A stretch of DNA of 62,969 nucleotides, the filler included. It is 9 parts of 9 records of this genome, joined end to end, with 100 filler letters (N's around TTAATTAATTAA, not from the genome) between each part and the next. Parts side by side here need not be neighbours in the genome. Positions count along the whole stretch, not along the records: positions 11,496 to 21,889 come from SRR31147125_26077; positions 21,990 to 27,346 come from SRR31147125_26149; positions 27,447 to 32,803 come from SRR31147125_26161; 6 more parts are not named here. One strand, 5' to 3'. Each line of letters starts with the position of its first letter. Within the stretch, counting starts at the first letter, position 1. Made by a program: the position numbers and the translations under genes. The notes below the pieces were generated by a model. The model was not told where the DNA came from. It searched no databases and was given only the letters and a program-made list of their open reading frames with translations. Shown here in pieces: positions 19,958 to 30,979 of this stretch.

Positions 19958-21493
19958 ATGAAAAATCTCAAATTTATTGTTGTAATATGTGTTGCGATAT
20001 TTGCTTATTTACCATTAACAGCCCAGAATAAGAAGCAAATTCCAAATGAAGTTAAAATATCGAAAGCAGAACTTCGTAATAAAATAAGAGGCGGCTGGGC
20101 TGGTCAAACAATAGGAGTTTGTTATGCCTTGCCAACCGAATTTAAATACTTGCAAAAAATGATACCGGAATCGGTCCAAATGACCTTATCGGGGAAGGAG
20201 CTTAAAAGTCGTTTTAATAACGACGACATATACATGGATGCCAAGTTTATTGAAGTGATCGGACGTTTGGGATTTGATGCTCCTGCCGATTCTTTTGCCA
20301 TAGCATTTGCAAATGCTGGTTTCGAACTTTGGCATGCCAACCAGGCTGCACGATACAATATTTTAAATGGCATTATGCCTCCCAAATCTGGGCATTGGAA
20401 ATACAGCATGCACTCTGATGATATTGACTACCAGATTGAAGCCGATTTTGCAGGATTAACTTCTCCCGGAGTTATTGCTTCCGCAATCGACGTTTCCGAT
20501 AGAGTAGGTCATATTATGAATTATGGCGACGGTTGGTACTCGGGTGTTTATGTAGCTGCCATGTATTCTTTGGCATTTGTATCGAACGATGTTGAGTTTG
20601 TTGTAAACGAAGCACTAAAAATTATACCGAAGGAAAGCAAATATTACAAAGCGATGAGTGATGTGATAAATTGGCACAAAAAATACCCAAACGATTGGAC
20701 GCAAACCTGGCGTGAAATCGAAAACAGCCACTGGGCATTCGACTTGCATTGTACCGACGGTGTTTATCGCCCCTTCAACATTGACGCTACTGTAAATATG
20801 GCTTATGTTTTAGTTGGTTTGTTGTATGGTGAAGGCGACTTTACAAAATCCATGGATATTTCCATGCGCTGCGGACAAGATTCCGATTGTAATCCTTCAT
20901 CAGTTGGTGGAATACTTGGGGCAATGATGGGCTTTGATAAAATTCCAGCACAATGGGCTAAGCCATACCAAGAGATTGAAGACATTACACTTAATTACAC
21001 TTCTGTTTCCTTGAACGATTGTTACGATATCTGTTACAAATCTGCCATCGAAAACATTACTCAATATGGTGGAAAACTGAAGGGAGATGAAATTCTTATA
21101 AATTATGAATTACCCGAAGTTCTCCCTTTAGAAGTTGCTTATCCGAATATTTACCCAATTGAAGAAATAAAGATTAACAAACCAATTCTAGAGACAGGTT
21201 TAATTGAATTTATGGGAACAGGAATCGCTGTAATTGGAGGTCACTCTGATGCTTATATCCGGAAAAATGGAGACAAAGAATACATAGCCGAAGTAGCAAT
21301 AAATTTAGATGGTAAGCCCGCAGGTGTTCGAAAATTGCCCTATAATTTTCATTCTCGGGCATTGGAGGTATTTTTCGAATTGGAGCTGGATAAAGGCAAA
21401 CATACTATTGAACTGGAATGGTTAAATCCAATGGAAGGAATAAGTATGCCAATTACAAAATGTTTGATTTTTTCCGATGAACTAAGAAAATAG
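19958..21493 (+). CDS. exported ADP-ribosylglycohydrolase family protein
   Basis: Signal peptide; NKIRGGWAGQTIG, DDIYMD, DDIDYQIEADF, CGQDSDCNPS. Confidence 0.85.
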   Translation: MKNLKFIVVICVAIFAYLPLTAQNKKQIPNEVKISKAELRNKIRGGWAGQTIGVCYALPTEFKYLQKMIPESVQMTLSGKELKSRFNNDDIYMDAKFIEVIGRLGFDAPADSFAIAFANAGFELWHANQAARYNILNGIMPPKSGHWKYSMHSDDIDYQIEADFAGLTSPGVIASAIDVSDRVGHIMNYGDGWYSGVYVAAMYSLAFVSNDVEFVVNEALKIIPKESKYYKAMSDVINWHKKYPNDWTQTWREIENSHWAFDLHCTDGVYRPFNIDATVNMAYVLVGLLYGEGDFTKSMDISMRCGQDSDCNPSSVGGILGAMMGFDKIPAQWAKPYQEIEDITLNYTSVSLNDCYDICYKSAIENITQYGGKLKGDEILINYELPEVLPLEVAYPNIYPIEEIKINKPILETGLIEFMGTGIAVIGGHSDAYIRKNGDKEYIAEVAINLDGKPAGVRKLPYNFHSRALEVFFELELDKGKHTIELEWLNPMEGISMPITKCLIFSDELRK

Positions 21494-21658
21494 AGTAGGT
21501 ATTATATTTCCTCTTCTTTTGTTTAACCAATGAGTATGTCTAAGGTTTTATGTTAAAACAACTCCTTTTAATGAGTTAATACAAAAGTGTTTTTTTGGGT
21601 GTGTCATTTTTTTTTCTTTTTATTAAAAAACTATCTTTACCATGGAACTAAACTGAAT

Positions 21659-21889
21659 ATGACTATAAACAAAACTGACTATGAATTTGTGGTGAAACTC
21701 AGAAAAGGATATGAGGATACCTGGGTTACAATTTTTAAAGAATATTATGTCAGTTTGTGCGCATATTCACGGAGATATATTGGACGCAAGGATATTGCTG
21801 AAGAAATTGTATCAGAAACCTTTTTGAAAATTTGGGAAAACCGAGTTAATTTAAATATCCAAACTTCTTTAAAATCATATCTTTTTCAA
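21659..21889 (+). CDS. ECF sigma-70 factor (N-terminal part, truncated)
   Basis: F..YY..LC.Y..R...AEEIVSETFLKIWE.R...SLKSYLF region 2. Confidence 0.85.
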
Positions 21890-21989
21890 NNNNNNNNNNN
21901 NNNNNNNNNNNNNNNNNNNNNNNNNNNNNNNNNTTAATTAATTAANNNNNNNNNNNNNNNNNNNNNNNNNNNNNNNNNNNNNNNNNNNN
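21890..21989. other. artificial contig spacer
   Basis: N-run, TTAATTAATTAA, N-run. Confidence 0.99.
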
Positions 21990-21990
21990 A

Positions 21991-23973
21991 AAGACCATTG
22001 AGGTAAAAGATGACGACGGAAATGTAGTTGGTCAGCGATTGGTGTACGGCTTTGCCAAATATATGCGCGATGCCTTACCCAACGCAACCTATCTCGGTTT
22101 TACAGGCACACCCGTTGAATCGACCGATGCCAATACACCTGCTGTATTTGGGAACTATGTCGATATCTACGACATTGCCCAAGCGGTGGAAGATGGGGCA
22201 ACCGTACCGATCTATTACGAAAGTCGTTTGGTTAAAATCAATCTGTCAGAAGAAGGTAAAAAGCTTATAGATGAACTGGACGAAGAACTAAATAAGAACG
22301 AGTTGAGCGATACCCAAAAGGCAAAAGCCAAATGGACGAAGGTGGAAGCCATTATCGGTAGCGAAGCACGACTAAGAAAAGTAGCAGAAGACATTGTTTT
22401 CCACTACGAAGAACGAAGCAATAGCGGCATCGAGGGCAAGGCGATGATCGTTGCCATGAGCCGACGGATTGCTGTTGACCTCTATGCTGAGATTGTAAAA
22501 ATCCGTCCGCATTGGCATAGCGATGATTTGGACAAGGGTGCGATAAAAGTGGTAATGACAGCCGCATCATCGGACGGTTACGAAATGATGAAGCACCACA
22601 CGACGAAAGATAACCGCCAGCAGCTTGCCCTTCGTATGAAAGACACATCCGATCCTTTGAAATTGGTGATTGTCCGCGATATGTGGCTCACTGGATTCGA
22701 TGCACCTAGTATGCACACCCTGTACATCGACAAGCCCATGAAAGGACACAACCTGATGCAAGCCATTGCCCGTGTCAACCGAGTGTATAAGGATAAACCA
22801 GGAGGATTGGTAGTGGACTATTTCGGCATTGCTTCGGATTTAAAGAAAGCCCTTTCGTTTTACTCCGATAGTGGCGGTAAAGGTGATCCTGCCGAGGCAC
22901 AGGAAAAAGCCGTAACATTGATGCTCGAAAAGTTGGAAGTGGTATCGCAGATGTTCGCGGAAAAAGTGTCGGGTAACGAAACAGCATACCGGATGGCTGC
23001 CGAACCAAAAGTTAGATACCTTGATAATGCTGCCGATGGCTTACCAACCAACAAGGCAGGATTTGCCTACGAGAACTATTTTGATGCCACGGTAAAAGAA
23101 AAGCTGGAAATCATCCTAGCAGCGGTAGAACACATCCTAAGTCTCGAAGATGGAAAGAACCGCTACATAACTGAAATCACAGCTCTTTCGAAAGCCTTTG
23201 CCATTGCCCTACCCCACGAGGAAGCAATGGACGCAAAGGACAAAATTGCCTTTTTCCAAGCCGTGAAAGCACGGATACAGAAATTCGATATGGGTGCAGC
23301 TTCGGGAGGCAAGAGCGACTACGAAATTGAAACAGCCATCAAACAAGTGGTGGACGAAGCCATCGTATCGGAACAGGTGGTGGACATCTTCGATGCAGCA
23401 GGGATCAAAAAACCTGAGCTATCCGTGTTGGATGATGAGTTCTTGGAAGAGATGCAAAACATGAAGCACAAAAACTTGGCCTTAGAGGTATTGAAGAAGC
23501 TGTTGAACGACGAGATCAAAATACGATCAAAGCACAACGTAGTTCAAAGTCGCACCTTGATGGAGATGCTGGAATCGTCCATAAAACGTTACCAGAACAA
23601 CCTGATCTCCGCAGCCGAAATCATTCAAGAGATGATAGACTTGGCCAAGGAAATTAAAGAGGCCGACAAACGTGGTGACAAGCTCGGCTTATCAAAAGAC
23701 GAGCTGGCCTTCTACGATGCGGTTGCTGCCAACGAAAGTGCGAAAGACCTACTTGGCGACGATATCCTATTAAAACTGGCCAGAGTACTCGTGGAGCGTG
23801 TAAAAGCCAATGCCTCCATCGACTGGACAGTAAAGGAATCGGTAAAAAAGAAACTAAAGGTAATCGTAAAGCGCACCCTACGTCAATACGGCTACCCACC
23901 CGACATGCAGAAGCTCGCCACCGAAACCGTGCTACAACAAGCAGAAGCCTTGGCAGACTTTTGGAATGGGTAG
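21991..23973 (+). CDS. hsdR: type I restriction enzyme R subunit (5'-truncated)
   Basis: ALPNATYLGFTGTP, VRDMWLTGFDAP, LMQAIARVNR, C-terminal YGYPPD. Confidence 0.95.
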   Translation, partial: KTIEVKDDDGNVVGQRLVYGFAKYMRDALPNATYLGFTGTPVESTDANTPAVFGNYVDIYDIAQAVEDGATVPIYYESRLVKINLSEEGKKLIDELDEELNKNELSDTQKAKAKWTKVEAIIGSEARLRKVAEDIVFHYEERSNSGIEGKAMIVAMSRRIAVDLYAEIVKIRPHWHSDDLDKGAIKVVMTAASSDGYEMMKHHTTKDNRQQLALRMKDTSDPLKLVIVRDMWLTGFDAPSMHTLYIDKPMKGHNLMQAIARVNRVYKDKPGGLVVDYFGIASDLKKALSFYSDSGGKGDPAEAQEKAVTLMLEKLEVVSQMFAEKVSGNETAYRMAAEPKVRYLDNAADGLPTNKAGFAYENYFDATVKEKLEIILAAVEHILSLEDGKNRYITEITALSKAFAIALPHEEAMDAKDKIAFFQAVKARIQKFDMGAASGGKSDYEIETAIKQVVDEAIVSEQVVDIFDAAGIKKPELSVLDDEFLEEMQNMKHKNLALEVLKKLLNDEIKIRSKHNVVQSRTLMEMLESSIKRYQNNLISAAEIIQEMIDLAKEIKEADKRGDKLGLSKDELAFYDAVAANESAKDLLGDDILLKLARVLVERVKANASIDWTVKESVKKKLKVIVKRTLRQYGYPPDMQKLATETVLQQAEALADFWNG

Positions 23974-24029
23974 GAATCGCCTTTGAGTTTGAATTGTTCA
24001 AGATATTTTTTGTTTAGAAAAAAATAACC

Positions 24030-27000
24030 ATGAGAAGACTACAAGAAATTGAAAAAGCATTAGCATCTATTAATGATGCTGTATTCCAAGAATTATGTGA
24101 TAGTTTCCTTGCTTTGAGGAATAGAAATTATTCAGCTTTTTCCAGAACTGGCAGTCAATCTGGTAAGCAAAAAACCATTGCAGGAACACCTGATTCATTC
24201 TTTTTACTCCCCAATGGGCAATACATATTCGTAGAACACTCAACTAATGTATCTGAAGGTGTTTCGAAACTTAAAAAAGACATAGAGAAGTGTTTGGATG
24301 CAGAAAAGACAGGAATCCCAACACAGAAATTAGAAGAAATAATATTGTGTATAAACTTTAATCTTTCTCCTAAAGAGACATTAATTCTTCAAAACATTAT
24401 ACCCAACAACGAAATTCAACTGAGAATATTAATGCTGGATTACCTGAGCATAGAACTCAATAGAAATCATTGTGATCTGGTACATGAGTATTTGGGATTA
24501 GCACTTGATACAGGTCAAATAGTATCTATCGAAAAGTTCATAATTGAATACAATCGAAAATCTAAAAGCTTGTCCACACCCTTGGATAATGTCTTTAAGC
24601 ATCGCGATGGGGAATTGACCGAATTAAAGAAAGCAATAAAAGACAATGATTTTGTTTTGCTCACAGGATCACCGGGAGTTGGTAAAACAAAATTGGCATT
24701 GGAAACCATCAAAGCATTTCTAGTTGAAAATACTGAATATAGGGCATATTGTGTTTCACCCAAAGACTCCGATTTATTAGCCGACCTATATCAATATGTT
24801 GATGAGGAATATAAATACATATTGTTTATTGATGATGCGAATCGTTTGGATACCATTGGGCACGTCTTAGGATTCTATAAAACCATAAAAGTAGGGCATC
24901 TAAAAGTACTTATGACGGTAAGGGATTACGCTGTTCAGCAAATGGAGCTTTCGTGTCACGAGGTTCAACCCTATAAAATTGAAATAGGAAAATTCACCGA
25001 CAATCAGATAAAGGACATTATTGAAGACGATCCCCTTACCATCCTCAATACTGACTATCAAGACATAATCCTTAGAATTGCCGATGGTAACCCAAGGCTT
25101 GCCATTATGACATCTTTATTAGCAAAAGAGAAGCAAAACATTGATGCACTTCGAGATGTATCAGATTTGTTTGAGCGATATTTCACAACATTTGTAAAAG
25201 ACGAGAACAAATTAGCTGAATCACTAATCCTTAAAACCCTCGGTATAGTTTCATTCTTCTATACTATTCCATTTACGAATAAAAAAACAACATCAAAACT
25301 ACTTGCGAATTTCGAAATAGGTTATTACGACTTTATTAGTGCAATAGATCAGTTGGAGAGTATGGAAATACTTGAAGCCAAATTCGAGTACGTTAAAGTG
25401 GCAGAACAAAATCTAGCTACCTTTTTCTTCTATAAGACCTTCATAAAGGATGATTTGTTATCATTTGACACATTACTCTCAAAATACTTTTCAGAAAACA
25501 CTTCCAGATTTAAGGACTGTGTGATTCCTGCTAACAACATTTTCGGGTATGAAAGAGTAATGAAGAAACTAACTCCTGTTTTGCAAAATAATTTCGCAAA
25601 GATCGAAACAGATGATGCCAAGTTTAAGTTTCTGGATACCTTTTGGTATTACCTGCAAAACGAATCATTAGAATTCATTTACAATTTAACGAAAGGATAT
25701 CCCGAGGTAGCTCAAGAAATATATTGTATAGAATATGAGGATAATGATTTCGCTTTCGATAAGAGTAAGGTAATTAAGCTACTTGGCGAATATCTTCGGC
25801 AACCAATTGAGTTGGATACAATAATTGAGTTGGGTTTTGAGTATGTTCGAAAAAAGCCCAATCAGCTACCTGAATGGATACATAAAATTAGAGCGACCCT
25901 TACTTTTGATAAAGAGGATTATAAGATTGGGTATTCAAGGCAAAAAAGTCTTTATCGAATTTTGTTCAATGGTTTACAAAACGATGATTTATTGTTAATA
26001 AAGTCCTTTTATAAGCTATCAGAAACCTTTTTGGACTTTACCTTTCAACATTCAAAGGGAGGGAGAAACAGTACTGTTGTTATGTACAGTTATACTGTTC
26101 CAAATGAAGCTCCAATACATGAGTTTAGAAAAAAGATTTGGGATGCTGTGTATGAACACTACAAGACACTCCCAAAGGAATCTATCAATCTTCTGAAGGA
26201 ATATTCAAAGATTCGACCTGATACATCGAAAGAGTTAATGTCCTTTGACCTACCATTTGTTATTCGTGTTATGCAAGATCATCTTGATCCTAGCTCATTC
26301 GATCATTGTAAATATGTACACCATCAAATTCGATGGTGGAAAGAAAACTCAATATTTCATGATTCCTACTCTGAGTTGAAGCAAAGGTATTCAAATTCAA
26401 TATATACTTTTTACCTCAAAATAGACTGGAATTGGGCAAGAGGTAAAGAGGAGTATGAGTTTGAAAAGTGGAGAGATTATGAAAAGATCAAAACAGAAGA
26501 GCTTCGAAATTCCTTCATGCTAAAAAATGAAAAAGATATAGACTTGTTTTGCAACTTATTTGTTGAACTTAATTCGGTAACACCAAATATGGATTACGAT
26601 AGGTCATTGGAGATAATTATCGATGAGAATTGTAGCCAGGATATCGATATAGGTAGCCAATTTTTAGCACATCTACTCCAGTGTGAATATGTCTTTAGTC
26701 GTTTGCCTGTTTCTGTTTTTACAAAACATCTAAATACAGAATTAAAAGCGGCTAAGCTTTGGAAGGTGATAATGGAGGCCGACTTCGCCAGAAAAGTGTA
26801 CTGGGAATTTCAATTTTATGAAAACCTAGATGATTCCTTATTAACCAATAAACATGTAAATGATATTATTGCTTCCATAAATAAGATAGATGTCAATGTT
26901 TTACTACTCTTATGTCGCTACGATCGATACTTGAAGTTTGATTCTCTGCTGTTCGATAAAATCCTGAGAATCATCAATGATAAATATGAGAACAAAGAAA

Positions 27001-27346
27001 TACGGATACAGCTAAGGGATGATGTTTTCAATTCTCATTTTGACAATTTAGGAGGAGACTTTGAGCTAATTACAAAAACCTATTTGAATCAAGCAAAGAT
27101 GCATGACCACTTTGTCTATGAAATGGGAGGTTTCCTCAAAATATTGAATCATGATAGAAATTTCCTTCTGCAATATATTAAGGCAATGTTTGATGTAAGT
27201 CGATATGGCATGTCAAACGGAAAACAGAATTTAAGTTTTATTTGGAAGGTCGATAACATTGAACAAGCTTTAGATGAGACTTTTGAATACGTAATTGAAA
27301 AAATATCCTACTTTGGAATATCGGAACATTTTTGTAATTCATTCTT
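24030..27346 (+). CDS. large nuclease-STAND NTPase, candidate anti-phage protein (3'-truncated)
   Basis: N-terminal FQELCD..GTPD..VEHST REase-like motif; GSPGVGKT Walker A; LFIDDAN Walker B; MTVR; GNPRLA; long C-terminal region. Confidence 0.7.
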
Positions 27347-27446
27347 NNNNNNNNNNNNNNNNNNNNNNNNNNNNNNNNNNNNNNNNNNNNTTAATTAATT
27401 AANNNNNNNNNNNNNNNNNNNNNNNNNNNNNNNNNNNNNNNNNNNN
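27347..27446. other. artificial contig spacer
   Basis: N-run, TTAATTAATTAA, N-run. Confidence 0.99.
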
Positions 27447-27447
27447 T

Positions 27448-28088
27448 TCGGCTCCGCCGGACCCGGAGATCGTCAAGCTCGCCTCCGAGCAGCTCGGCAA
27501 ACCGGTTTTCACCGACGACCCCCTCGATATCCTCGAGCCTGGTGTCCCGAAGGCCACCAAAATCCTCGAAGAGAACAACCTCGAGGTCAACGACGAGAAC
27601 ATCTTCATCGTTGCCAGTTGCGAACAGAAGGGCCTCGATTATCTGCTCGGCAACGCCAAGACCAGTATCCGCAAGAAAACCGATATGGAAGAGGCCCCGG
27701 CCGCGAAACCCACCGCCAAGGCGGCACCGGCGGCGGCACCGGCAGGGCCGCGCTCCTACTCCATCACCGTCAACAACCGGATCTATGATGTGACCGTCGC
27801 CGAAGGCAACGGCGCCGTCCAGGCTGTTCCCGCCCAGGCAGCCGCCCCGCTGCTGCACCGGAAGCACCGGTCAGCGGTACCGACATCGAAGCACCGACCC
27901 CGGGCAACGTCGTCAAGATCATGGTGAAAGTAGGTGACTCGGTCACCACGGATCAGCCGCTGCTGGTCCTGGAGGCGATGAAGATGGAATCGGAGGTCAA
28001 GTCTCCGAGTGACGGTAAAATCCTGGCGGTACAGGTATCGGCCGGTGATACGGTACAGGCGGGCGATTCGCTGTTCGTCATCGGATAA
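27448..28088 (+). CDS. C-terminus of oxaloacetate decarboxylase alpha / pyruvate carboxylase B subunit with biotin-carrier domain
   Basis: [21 protein letters not shown], Ala/Pro linker, then LEAMKME biotinylation motif after a frameshift near 27845. Confidence 0.85.
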
Positions 28089-28171
28089 TGTGCGCAGATA
28101 CCTGCGTTTCTGCCGCTCGACCGGGTGACCCGCGGTCGGGCGGCACACCTCGTTTCAAAGATGGATTCACT

Positions 28172-29686
28172 ATGAAGACGAAGACTATTCTGCTCATGAT
28201 GATCGGGTTATGCCTGGCGGCGGTTTCATTCGCCCAGGCTGCCGGGGATTCGGTTTCGATCATCTCGCCTGCCGACGGCAAGATCGTTCGCCTCGACGTT
28301 GCGTCCGGTGACAAGGTATACAGCGGAGACACCCTGGCAATTATCAAGGCTGACAACGGAACATCCATCGTTCTCAAGGCCGGCGTCTCCGGTACCATCA
28401 CCTCGATCAACGTTTCCTCCTATCACAAAGTCAAAAAAGACATGGTAGTCGGGGTTATCAACCCGGCGGCCATCATCTCCGAACAGCCGGCCGCAATGGA
28501 GGCCCAGGAACTGCCAAGCATCGGCACACTGATCGGCAACCTGTTTAGGACCACCGGAGTCTACGGGTTTATCGACGGGCAGTTCAACAAGGACTGGACG
28601 GTGGGCATCGGCCGCATCCTGATGATCTGTGTTGGTTTGACCCTGCTCTATCTGGGCATATTCAAGCAGTTCGAACCGCTGCTGCTGATCCCCATCGGCT
28701 ATGGCGCAATTCTTTCCAATATTCCACTTGCCGGCATATCAGAGCCGGGCGGCATTCTCTATTACATCTACGACGTGGGGATCGTTACCGGTATCTTCCC
28801 GCTACTGATCTTCATGGGCGTGGGCGCGCTCACCGATTTCGGCCCGATGATTGCCAACCCGAAGACCATCCTGCTCGGCGGGGCGGCCCAGATCGGCATC
28901 TTCGTAACCCTGCTCGGGGCGCTTTTATTGACCGACCTGGTCCCGGGGATCAACTTCTCCCTGAGTGACGCCGCATCAATCGGCATTATCGGCGGCGCCG
29001 ATGGCCCCACCGCGATCTTCCTCTCGAGTCAGCTCTCACCACGACTGCTCGGTTCGATCGCGATCGCCGCCTATTCCTACATGGCGCTCGTTCCGATCAT
29101 TCAGCCGCCAATCATGAAATGGCTGACAACGGAAGAGGAACGGCAGATCAAGATGGTCCAGCTGCGTCACGTTTCCAAACTCGAGAAAATGATCCTGCCG
29201 CTGCTGGTCCTCGGTATCTGCGCGTTCCTGCTGCCAACCGCTGCACCGCTGATCGGTATGTTCATGCTCGGCAACCTCGCCAAGGAATGCGGGGTGATCG
29301 ACAGGCTCTCCGATGTTATCAAGGGAGCACTGATGTACACCGTCACTATCTTCCTCGGTCTCGGGGTCGGCTCCAAGTTGTCGGCTGACAAGTTTCTCAA
29401 CCTGGAAACCCTCGGCATTCTCGCCCTCGGGATGGTTGCGTTCGGCATCGGAACCGCTGGCGGCGTCCTGATGGCCAAGGGCATGAACAAACTGTCCAAG
29501 ACGCCGGTCAACCCGCTCATCGGGGCAGCCGGGGTATCCGCCGTACCAATGGCGGCCCGGGTGGTCAACAAGGTAGGCCTGGAGGCTAACCCGCAGAACC
29601 ACCTGATCATGCACGCAATGGGTGCAAATGTCTCTGGCGTAATCGGCTCTGCCGTCGCAGCCGGCGTGCTGCTCGCACTGCTGTAG
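28172..29686 (+). CDS. oadB: Na+-translocating decarboxylase beta subunit with N-terminal signal peptide and biotinyl-like domain
   Basis: [60 protein letters not shown]. Confidence 0.92.
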   Translation: MKTKTILLMMIGLCLAAVSFAQAAGDSVSIISPADGKIVRLDVASGDKVYSGDTLAIIKADNGTSIVLKAGVSGTITSINVSSYHKVKKDMVVGVINPAAIISEQPAAMEAQELPSIGTLIGNLFRTTGVYGFIDGQFNKDWTVGIGRILMICVGLTLLYLGIFKQFEPLLLIPIGYGAILSNIPLAGISEPGGILYYIYDVGIVTGIFPLLIFMGVGALTDFGPMIANPKTILLGGAAQIGIFVTLLGALLLTDLVPGINFSLSDAASIGIIGGADGPTAIFLSSQLSPRLLGSIAIAAYSYMALVPIIQPPIMKWLTTEEERQIKMVQLRHVSKLEKMILPLLVLGICAFLLPTAAPLIGMFMLGNLAKECGVIDRLSDVIKGALMYTVTIFLGLGVGSKLSADKFLNLETLGILALGMVAFGIGTAGGVLMAKGMNKLSKTPVNPLIGAAGVSAVPMAARVVNKVGLEANPQNHLIMHAMGANVSGVIGSAVAAGVLLALL

Positions 29687-29708
29687 ACTGCATTAGCGCA
29701 ACACACCG

Positions 29709-29738
29709 AAAACCCGGGGCATAGCTGCCCCGGGTTTT
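29709..29738 (+). terminator. intrinsic terminator
   Basis: AAAACCCGGGGCA-TAGC-TGCCCCGGGTTTT. Confidence 0.9.
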
Positions 29739-29769
29739 TGCGTTTTTATGAAATGAGAAGGAAGCTGAC

Positions 29770-30084
29770 ATGATCACGATAGATCCGGATGCATTAGCCA
29801 AAATTGAGGAGTTGCACCAGGCTGAAGGCGGGGAACATTCAGCCATCCGCATTGCAGTAATGGGCGGAGGCAGCAACGGTCCAGGTCTGGGGCTGATTAT
29901 CGATGACCCTGGCGAAGACGATATGCAATTCGACGAATTCCCGGTTCCGGTAATCGTCGACCGTAACCTGATGAACTACTGCAGACAGATCAGTATCGGG
30001 TTCAGGATCGGCAGTGAGGGCAGATGCGGCGGCGCAAGCGGCAGCGGTTTTCTGATAACCCCGGAGAATCCCGTCAACCTTTAG
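29770..30084 (+). CDS. HesB/IscA-like protein
   Basis: IRIAVMGGG..GPGLGL.IDD...DD, VIVD..L, GSGFLI. Confidence 0.7.
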   Translation: MITIDPDALAKIEELHQAEGGEHSAIRIAVMGGGSNGPGLGLIIDDPGEDDMQFDEFPVPVIVDRNLMNYCRQISIGFRIGSEGRCGGASGSGFLITPENPVNL

Positions 30085-30116
30085 ACTATTCAGTATCTAC
30101 TCGTGAACGAGCCGGA

Positions 30117-30956
30117 CTAGCAGCGCACCGGCCGGATATCCGCAGCGTACTGCGGGCATCGGGAATACTCCACATCCGGCTTGCCGAAGCACATCACGAA
30201 GACCGGCCGGTAATCGTCGTCAATGTTCAGCATCGTGCGCAGTTCCGGTACGAGGGTGAGCGTTATCTTCACGAACCCGTTCCACAACGTACCCAGCCCC
30301 GCACAACTCGCGGCCATTTCAAAATGGCTCAACGCGATGATGCCGTCCGGCTCGGGCGAGGAATTTGACTCGGGGGCCGAAACCACCACCAGGTGAGGCG
30401 CCCAGCGAAACAGGACATCAACCTGATAAGTAGACCAGCCGCTGACGATATCGCCAAAGAATTGATAGCCGGTTGGCAGGGCGTTGTTCTCCACCAGGTT
30501 GCCCAGCCCTTCCAGTGCCCGTTTCCGAAACCGGTCCATCGTCTCCCGATCATCGATCACTGAAAAACAAAGGCCGCGGTCGTTTCTTCCGGACGGCGCA
30601 TAGGCGGCCACCTGCACGAGTCGCCGAATCAGAGCCGGGTCGACGTTCTCATCCAGGTAGCGGCGGACCGATCGTCTCCCCTTCAGCAGGGCCTCCACCG
30701 CGGCCAAAGAGGGAAGTGCTTCTCCGGAGTACTCAACGGAATCGTCTACGTGCAGGCCACACACTGATACAGCTCCGGCAGGGCAAACACTCAAACAATG
30801 CTGACAGCCGATGCAATCCCCCTCGTTCCCTTCAGCCACCTGGGGCAGAACATCGCCTAGAACGAGAATATTGACCGGGCAGTCGTTGACACATTCCCCA
30901 CAGCGGATGCACCGCTGCGGATCAACACTGAACTGACTGGAACCAGATATGTTCAT
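30117..30956 (-). CDS. nitroreductase family protein with N-terminal 2x4Fe-4S ferredoxin domain
   Basis: CIRCGECVNDCP and CIGCQHCLSVCP; RRSVRRY; APSGRN; GLGTLW. Confidence 0.92.
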   Translation of the reverse strand: MNISGSSQFSVDPQRCIRCGECVNDCPVNILVLGDVLPQVAEGNEGDCIGCQHCLSVCPAGAVSVCGLHVDDSVEYSGEALPSLAAVEALLKGRRSVRRYLDENVDPALIRRLVQVAAYAPSGRNDRGLCFSVIDDRETMDRFRKRALEGLGNLVENNALPTGYQFFGDIVSGWSTYQVDVLFRWAPHLVVVSAPESNSSPEPDGIIALSHFEMAASCAGLGTLWNGFVKITLTLVPELRTMLNIDDDYRPVFVMCFGKPDVEYSRCPQYAADIRPVRC

Positions 30957-30979
30957 GACACATTCCGAGATAGAGGAGA

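Noticed and set aside
29770-30084. Selenoprotein reading of the HesB-like gene
   Set aside because: No in-frame TGA; the codon at the Cys/Sec position is AGC (Ser)
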